From: Candidatus Poribacteria bacterium
GTDB lineage: Bacteria > Poribacteria > WGA-4E > WGA-3G
NCBI GenBank assembly: GCA_963665235.2
Contig: CAXXLX010000001.1
Coordinates: 3,872,001-3,936,000 of the forward strand
Direction: 5' to 3'
Length of the DNA stretch: 64,000 nt
Made by a program: the position numbers and the translations under genes. Of this stretch, positions 59,001 to 64,000 are shown piece by piece. Positions within the stretch are counted from its first letter, which is position 1, and every line of letters begins with the position of its first letter. The notes beneath the pieces are model-generated. The model did no database searches and had not been told where the DNA came from. It saw only the letters and a list, made by a program, of their open reading frames with translations.

Positions 59001-60291
59001 GACAGACCTAATTCCACACATTCCGGGAATCACGCTTGAGGCAGTTTTGAAAGAGGTTCCAGAATTTCAGACGTTTGCTGCACTCCCTGAAAATAGAGAG
59101 TTGATAGAAATTAGTCAAGCGGTAGAGGGGACGAAACGGCATGTCTCCTGTCATAATTCTGCTGTTGTGATTTCAAACGGGCCCCTTACCGATTACGTCC
59201 CACTTTTCAAAGATAAACATGGACAGGTCGCGGTACAGCTTGAACGAAACGCAGTTGAAGATGTCGGTGTCGTCAAATTGGATATCCTCGGTTTGTGTAG
59301 CCTCTCCAGCATCTCTACCTGTCTCAGGACGATTCAGGAAAACCGTGGCCGCAGGATTGCACTTGAAGATATTCCGCTTGACGACAAAAAAACCTATTCA
59401 CTCATCAGTGAAGGCTTGCTGGCTGGGCTTTTTCAACTTGAAACCTCTCCCGACATGCAGCAGGTTGTTACCGAGCTCAAAGCGGAAAATTTTGAGGAAT
59501 TTTCGGCAATCCCGGCACTCTATCGACCCGGTCCCATTGAAAATGGTGACCTGCAGCGGTTCATTGCAAGGAAAAATGGCATCGCCCCGACAAGGTACGC
59601 GCATCCATCGCTTGAAAATGTGCTTAAAAGCACTTTCGGTGTCTGTATCTATCAGGAACAGGTGATGAAGATAGCGTGTGAGATAGCAGGTTTCACGCTC
59701 GGCGAGGCGGATATCCTCCGTTCTGCAATGGGCAAAAAAGATGAAATGCTTATTGCGGGGCAGCGACAGAAATTCGTTGAAGGCGCGATGAAAAATGGCA
59801 TCGCCGAAGCGGAGGCGGAAGAGGTCTTTGAATATCTGAAATCTGTCGGGAGATATGCCTTCAACAAATCGCACAGTGTCACGTATTCTCTGTTAAGCTA
59901 TCGGATGGCGTATCTGAAAACGCACTACCCGCACGAATTTATGGCGGCGATGCTGACAAGTGAAGCAGCATATACCGAGAAAATCACCCGCTACCGTGCT
60001 GAATGTTCTGAACTGGCTGACTTCCTCGGCGTAGAAATTAACCTCTTACCCCTTGATATCAACCACAGTGAGAAGCATTTCACAGTGGATGGCAACGATA
60101 TTCGTTGTGGCCTTCTTGCTGTTGCGGTTTTGGGGGATGAAGCGATAGATTCAATTATAGCAGAGAGACATCAGCGAGGGGTGTTCACCTCACTCCAAAA
60201 TTTCCGAGAACGCGTGGATACGGAACACGTGAATGCGTACGCTATTGAAAGCCTTGTGGCAAGCGGCGCATTCAAAACGTTTCCGATGTAA
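56050..60291 (+). CDS. Fusion protein: ECF sigma factor + FtsZ-like domain + DNA polymerase III alpha (DnaE, C-terminally truncated)
   Basis: Sigma regions 2 and 4 (56050-56590); KVIGVGGAGCN and AGMGGGTGT FtsZ domain (56644-57567); FVHLHNHSEYSLLDG PHP, RGSAAGS, PDIDIDF, KLDILGL, YQEQVM, FNKSH (57667-60291); start 56032 or 56050. Confidence 0.9.
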   Translation: MPNDLTDAELVRRVQARDEAAFAELVARYSPRIWSTVVENSRQHRDAEEILMDIWQVVWENINGLRKVESFGAWLRRITFTACNRYYSTGTHGREIVLDYEDLAFQIDRDAEQRFHDERLRAEAREAVHHLPQRVRPVGILYYLELWSVKEVAAELGLAIGTVKTRLSEIRRLLRKEFGVEEGKIMSHKQEKPASLPSKLKVIGVGGAGCNVVNAMIEAGASGIEFCVVDTDKAALSACERATQVQIGVRTTLGSGTDGILELGRRAAEENMEALRAIVADAKMVFVIAGMGGGTGTYVAPLIASLSREQGTLTACFVTCPFDAEGERCAEQAALGLQQLQTASRYRADAVIVVRNQQVIEMSDQQLSMHEACQKTDEILLYGIRSISDIIVEAGEINVGFPDIQKMLRDQGNVLMGIGKAKGENRAKIAAENAIASPLLGDASLVGDKVMIVNITASPEFAIHELEQAMKVIRKTAADAQPIFGLVYKDELQHSGEVVVTIIANGSDLPKEIASPSMDMVDDASPGQGAIILPSNSSDFVHLHNHSEYSLLDGACRIPDMVQWAVEHSSPAVAITDHGNMFGAREFYNATKEAGVNPIVGCEVYVEAGNGQSEPSHLTLLAEDAIGYANLLKLTSFGWTQGFRRKPCITLEILREYHDGIIALTGCIYGIVPQLICSDRKDEALRNFLTLKDIMGENNLYVEIQNHYLDTELAAYPVMLELAKEHDLPIVGTNDCHYLRKSDHRMHDVLCCIRTRKTVNDAERLRFDNHFYFKNVDEMQAALKTYPPEAISNTVEIANRCNLQLEDNKSVMPIFEVPAGHTHDTYLKTLSYEGLRQKYGGHLAEPIRTRLEYELDIIEQIGHANYFLLVADYATYANSQGYPFSARGSAAGSLVLYALGIINFNPMNYGCLFERFLNLDRLTTPDIDIDFPGHARQDMVDYLAKKYGQDSVGRIVTFTTLGARSAIKDVGRALEIPLDSIEKLTDLIPHIPGITLEAVLKEVPEFQTFAALPENRELIEISQAVEGTKRHVSCHNSAVVISNGPLTDYVPLFKDKHGQVAVQLERNAVEDVGVVKLDILGLCSLSSISTCLRTIQENRGRRIALEDIPLDDKKTYSLISEGLLAGLFQLETSPDMQQVVTELKAENFEEFSAIPALYRPGPIENGDLQRFIARKNGIAPTRYAHPSLENVLKSTFGVCIYQEQVMKIACEIAGFTLGEADILRSAMGKKDEMLIAGQRQKFVEGAMKNGIAEAEAEEVFEYLKSVGRYAFNKSHSVTYSLLSYRMAYLKTHYPHEFMAAMLTSEAAYTEKITRYRAECSELADFLGVEINLLPLDINHSEKHFTVDGNDIRCGLLAVAVLGDEAIDSIIAERHQRGVFTSLQNFRERVDTEHVNAYAIESLVASGAFKTFPM

Positions 60292-60506
60292 ACGTTAGCG
60301 TGTGTGAAAAAAGAGCTCAACAAACAGAACTATATAGTGTAAAATTACTAAACTTTGGACAATTTTAGGGTGTGTCCAGTTTTTGTCAAAGGGATAGGTG
60401 GAAGATTGGAAGGGGGGAAGGCTGGAAGACTGGAAGCAGGGTGTGTAAAGTTTTTGTACGTCTGCGATATTTTTTCTGAAGAAAAATCAAACCATTGGCA
60501 ACTAAT

Positions 60507-60744
60507 ACCATTTTTATTAATTATTCTATCATTACCGGTTGTTAGAAATGAAACGGAGAACGGCACAAACTGGAAGTTTATGCTACGATAAAACGCACAA
60601 ACTGGAAGTTTATGCTACGATAAAACGCACAAACTGGAAGTTTATGCTACGATAAAACGCACAAACTGGAAGTTTATGCTACGATAAAACGCACAAACTG
60701 GAAGTTTATGCTACTACAAAGAGACATTTTCAATTAGAAATGGT
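60507..60744 (+). mobile_element. MITE-like family A (copy 3) with 5 x 32-bp REP units
   Basis: Same termini as the other copies; unit GCACAAACTGGAAGTTTATGCTACGATAAAAC at 60563, 60595, 60627, 60659, 60691. Confidence 0.75.
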
Positions 60745-60826
60745 ATAACATAACAGAGAACCAAAACATTTTTCGGAGGAACGCGGCACGGTTTGCAACT
60801 TACCTGACCAGACATCGATAGCGAAA

Positions 60827-61395
60827 GTGTCACATTTCTTTTTTTTTGAAAATCGTCCAAGGGGGTGTAAACGGCGGACAAACATAGATGGGGCGGGCGT
60901 TTGGGCACATTCAGCACCGAGAACCGGATGTTACACTTTGTGTCGAAAGTGTAACTTATGCACACAAATGGCACAAAAAATAGGAGGCAGAACCATCCGA
61001 AGAGTCCGAAGAACTGATACCCGAAAACCGTCAGTTGAAATGACACATTTTGTTTTTTTGTGTTGCGAAAAAGATAGGGGTAAATCGCTTGAAAACATAG
61101 ACGTGGCGTGAGTTTGTGCGACTGCAGCACCGAGAAGCGAATGTTACACTTTGTGTCAAAAGTGTAACTTATGCACCGGAGCGGCAGAGAAAAATAGCAG
61201 ACACATCGGTAAGAAAAGTAGGCAGAACTGATAAACGAAAACCGGTGGTCGAAATGTCACACTTCATTTTTTTTGTGTTGTGAAAAAGACGGGTCGAAAC
61301 CGCTTGAAAACATAGACGTGGCGTGAGTTTGTGCGACTGCAGCACCGAGAAGCGAATGTTACACTTTGTGTCAAAAGTGTAACTTATGCACCGGT
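60827..61395. repeat. ~215-bp degenerate tandem repeat (~2.6 units) with palindromic core
   Basis: GCACCGAGAA..GATGTTACACTTTGTGTC(G/A)AAAGTGTAACTTATGCAC near 60914, 61127 and 61342. Confidence 0.8.
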
Positions 61396-61750
61396 TTTGT
61401 ACAAAAACTTTACACACCCTCTCATCCACTATCGCTTGACACATCGACGCATTTTCCTTGACTTCACAACTTTCTAATGATATACTAAACATTGGTATCC
61501 TCTCTTTTTTCACAAGTTTATTATTTACTAAACTTTGGACAATTTTAGGGTGTGTAAAGTCAAAGGCTCTTTATAGATGGAAGGGTGGAAGAGGGTGTGG
61601 TCAAAGGGATAGATGGAAGGGTGGAAGAGTGGAAGGGTGGATTTCGCTTGTGTTGTCTGAATCACGGAAGGCACGGAGAACAGAGAGAACGCGGAATGGA
61701 AGGTGCGGAACAATCAAAGGTTTGTGATTATAGGTTAGGGTGTTGTTCTT

Positions 61751-62223
61751 TCTATAAAGATACCGCCCCGCTGGGGCTATTTTGTGGTGTGGTTGCGTTT
61801 TCTATAAAGATACCGCCCCGCTGGGGCTATGCTTTTGCACATTGGTGTCTCTTTTCTACTGTTTGTGTTTGTGTGAGCAACAGTGAGAAAAATCAGAAAT
61901 GCTTTGAAAATCGGGCATCAGGCTCACGGATATTGTCCAAACTATAGTATTATTTAGAAAGGATACCATTTTTTTATTTTCCTGACAACAAGGCTTTGTA
62001 CAAACAGTCCGATGTCTTATGTAGGAGTGTGCTTCGCACGCGACTGGCACCCCTCGACCTGTCTGGAATCCCGACATTCATCTTATGTAGAAACCTGCTT
62101 CGCACGCGACCTCCTAACGTAACTTGAGGGGAACAGTCCGCTCTTAGCCCCAGCGGGGCGGTATCTTTATAGAAAACCCAAACAAAACACAAAATAGCCC
62201 CAGCGGGGCGATATGTTTATAGA
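61751..62223. repeat. REP-like units of the 4521 family, two forward and two inverted
   Basis: TCTATAAAGATACCGCCCCGCTGGGGCTA at ~61751 and ~61801; inverted copies at ~62145 and ~62194. Confidence 0.75.
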
Positions 62224-62577
62224 TGTTAGCCAAACCCCGCTTCTTTCCGCCTCCGCCGCGTCCTCCGCACCTTCCTTGATTCAGCAAAAAATGCGTAGAT
62301 GTTAGCAACAAACCTCTTTTTTCCGCGTCCGCTGTGTCCTCTGTGTCCACCGCACTTTGCGGCATCCTCGCCCAAATGCGACGGGCATTCTGACAAAAAA
62401 AGCACAACATCCCTTAATCACAAAACCTTGACGCATACACACCTTAAAATCCGCGTAATCCGCGATAATCCGCGATTTGCGGCGTATTCGCCCAAATGCG
62501 CCGTGCATTCTGACAACACACGCGAAATCCACCCTGCCCCGCTTCCACCCTTCCACCCTTCCACTTATCATAGTGCA

Positions 62578-62741
62578 ACGTGAGTTTGATAATAAATGTC
62601 GGTTTGCACTAACCCCTATAAAGGTATCGTCCCGATGGGACTAAGATTTGGGGCGTGTCCCTCTGCTTCTATAAAGATAGCGTTCCTAAGGAGCGAGCTG
62701 GTTGCCGGAATACTAAGGGAAAACTTTTTCCAAACTCACGT
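62578..62741. mobile_element. MITE-like family C element
   Basis: Terminal inverted repeats ACGTGAGTTTG...CAAACTCACGT as in the nested element at ~21673; contains REP-like units. Confidence 0.65.
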
Positions 62742-62780
62742 TAGTACAAAAACTTTACACACTCATTCCGAAAAAAGAGG

Positions 62781-62998
62781 TTGACAAATAATTCTGCATA
62801 GTGTAAACTTTAAAATGAATTCTGTGAGCGAAAGCGGACCGAAAAACCATAGACCCTCACAGAAGGGGTTGAACCCTTATAGACTGTGGCTTGAAATGTC
62901 CATCTACCTATTTTTGGCAATTTCTGTTGCGGGAAAAAGTGCCGCTCACAGAAATGCAGGCTTTCATGCTATGTACAGTAAGGGTTGAAAACGCGGGC
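62781..62998 (+). promoter_or_regulatory. CRISPR leader with putative promoter
   Basis: TTGACA-17 bp-TAAACT (62781-62809); inverted motif TCTGTGAGCG (62821) / CGCTCACAGA (62943); abuts first repeat; the variant repeat lies at the far end of the array. Confidence 0.65.
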
Positions 62999-63788
62999 GT
63001 TGAAACGAAAAGATGCCCGATTACGAGATTGAAACGATACCGTTTGACTTTGGCGAGAATCCGATTCTTATTGATGGTTGAAACGAAAAGATGCCCGATT
63101 ACGAGATTGAAACACTGACAGTCACCATGGACGTAGCTGGCAGTCTCGGGTGTTGAAACGAAAAGATGCCCGATTACGAGATTGAAACTTCCGTCATATT
63201 GTTGCCCCGAAAAGTTTCTCGGTTAGTTGAAACGAAAAGATGCCCGATTACGAGATTGAAACTGAAAACATAGCATCAGACCGAAGTGAACAAGGTTTCC
63301 GTTGAAACGAAAAGATGCCCGATTACGAGATTGAAACGAGGAGACAGAGTTGTCCGGCCCGCCCGATGTGTTGAAGTTGAAACGAAAAGATGCCCGATTA
63401 CGAGATTGAAACCCCGTGTAAGCCGTCTATGGTGGATTTAGACGCGATTGAGTTGAAACGAAAAGATGCCCGATTACGAGATTGAAACGGTACCTAATTC
63501 CAATCCGATGGTGGAAAGCATCAAAGTTGAAACGAAAAGATGCCCGATTACGAGATTGAAACCCATCGGTTCGTTGGTAACAATCGGAGACAAGGTCAGT
63601 TGAAACGAAAAGATGCCCGATTACGAGATTGAAACGATAAATCTCCTCGTGGTCAGCTTTCTCACCTGTTTCCTCCCAGTTGAAACGAAAAGATGCCCGA
63701 TTACGAGATTGAAACCAGCAGTTGTCAAAATGGTTGACGGGGCGGAAAAGTGTTGAAACGAAAAGATGCTCGATTACGAGATTGAAAC
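62999..63788 (+). CRISPR. CRISPR array, 11 repeats / 10 spacers
   Basis: 37-bp repeat GTTGAAACGAAAAGATGCCCGATTACGAGATTGAAAC at 62999, 63077, 63152, 63226, 63301, 63376, 63452, 63526, 63599, 63679, 63752 (last has one C>T); unique 36-43 bp spacers. Confidence 0.97.
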
Positions 63789-63795
63789 AAATATT

Positions 63796-64000
63796 TTAGG
63801 GTGGAGAAACAGTATACGTAAACCAACATCGCGTCCCATCGGTTTTCAAAATAATCGCCCCGACCTGATCGGTCCGTAACTGAACAGCATTCCGTTTCCG
63901 ATACCGGGCCACGACCTCCGGATGCGGCAATCGATACCGATTCCTTTCACCAAGTGAAAAGATAGCATACCGGGGTTGAACAGCATCTAAAAACTCGGCA
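63796..64000 (-). CDS. 3' end of ComEC/Rec2-like competence protein (MBL-fold C-terminus), partial
   Basis: Own translation of minus strand: ...EFLDAVQPRYAIFSLGERNRYRLPHPEVVARY...RTDQVGAI...*, matching the ComEC C-terminal pattern P..A..S.G..N.Y.HP...RTD..G.I. Confidence 0.75.
   Translation of the reverse strand, partial: AEFLDAVQPRYAIFSLGERNRYRLPHPEVVARYRKRNAVQLRTDQVGAIILKTDGTRCWFTYTVSPP

Noticed and set aside
60348-62784. Short ORFs in the repeat-rich region
   Set aside because: Composed of MITE/REP sequence, with no RBS or recognisable motifs
62891-63118. ORF across the CRISPR leader and first repeats
   Set aside because: Translation of repeat sequence
63263-63300. Spacer 4 similarity to the 215-bp repeat (TGAAAACATAG)
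   Set aside because: Only about 11 nt match; I saw no convincing self-target in the window by eye
1-64000. tRNA, rRNA, reverse transcriptase, integrase or phage genes
   Set aside because: No recognisable motifs seen; the many antisense ORFs in the track are shadows of real genes

Overview
Bacterial chromosomal segment that I infer to be Candidatus Poribacteria-like, from LamG and PD40 proteins carrying a 'VxPxGKLATxWGxIK' C-terminal tail, giant TPR proteins, many sugar oxidoreductases and enolase-superfamily enzymes, and repeat-rich intergenic DNA. Ordinary content: Gfo/Idh/MocA and mandelate-racemase enzymes, a MoxR-DUF58-vWA operon, a peptide ABC ATPase pair, an ECF sigma/anti-sigma pair, rsmI, tatD and the 3' end of a ComEC-like gene. 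The most striking feature is a single ~1,410-aa ORF (56050-60291) fusing an ECF sigma factor, a degenerate FtsZ domain and a C-terminally truncated DNA polymerase III alpha (DnaE) with intact catalytic motifs. Other points of interest: (i) two copies of a module comprising a strong promoter, a long structured leader, a secreted beta-rich protein, a hairpin and a TolB-like propeller, plus a third operon with a similar leader; (ii) the shared C-terminal tail together with a PorV-like gene; (iii) an 11-repeat CRISPR array with no cas genes in the window; (iv) nested MITE-like elements carrying REP arrays, and a ~215-bp tandem repeat; (v) an internally deleted IS200/IS605 element, a fused MNT-HEPN gene, a pair of DNA methyltransferases with no endonuclease, and an Nma111-like protease. 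All family assignments come from recognising motifs by eye; no database searches were run.
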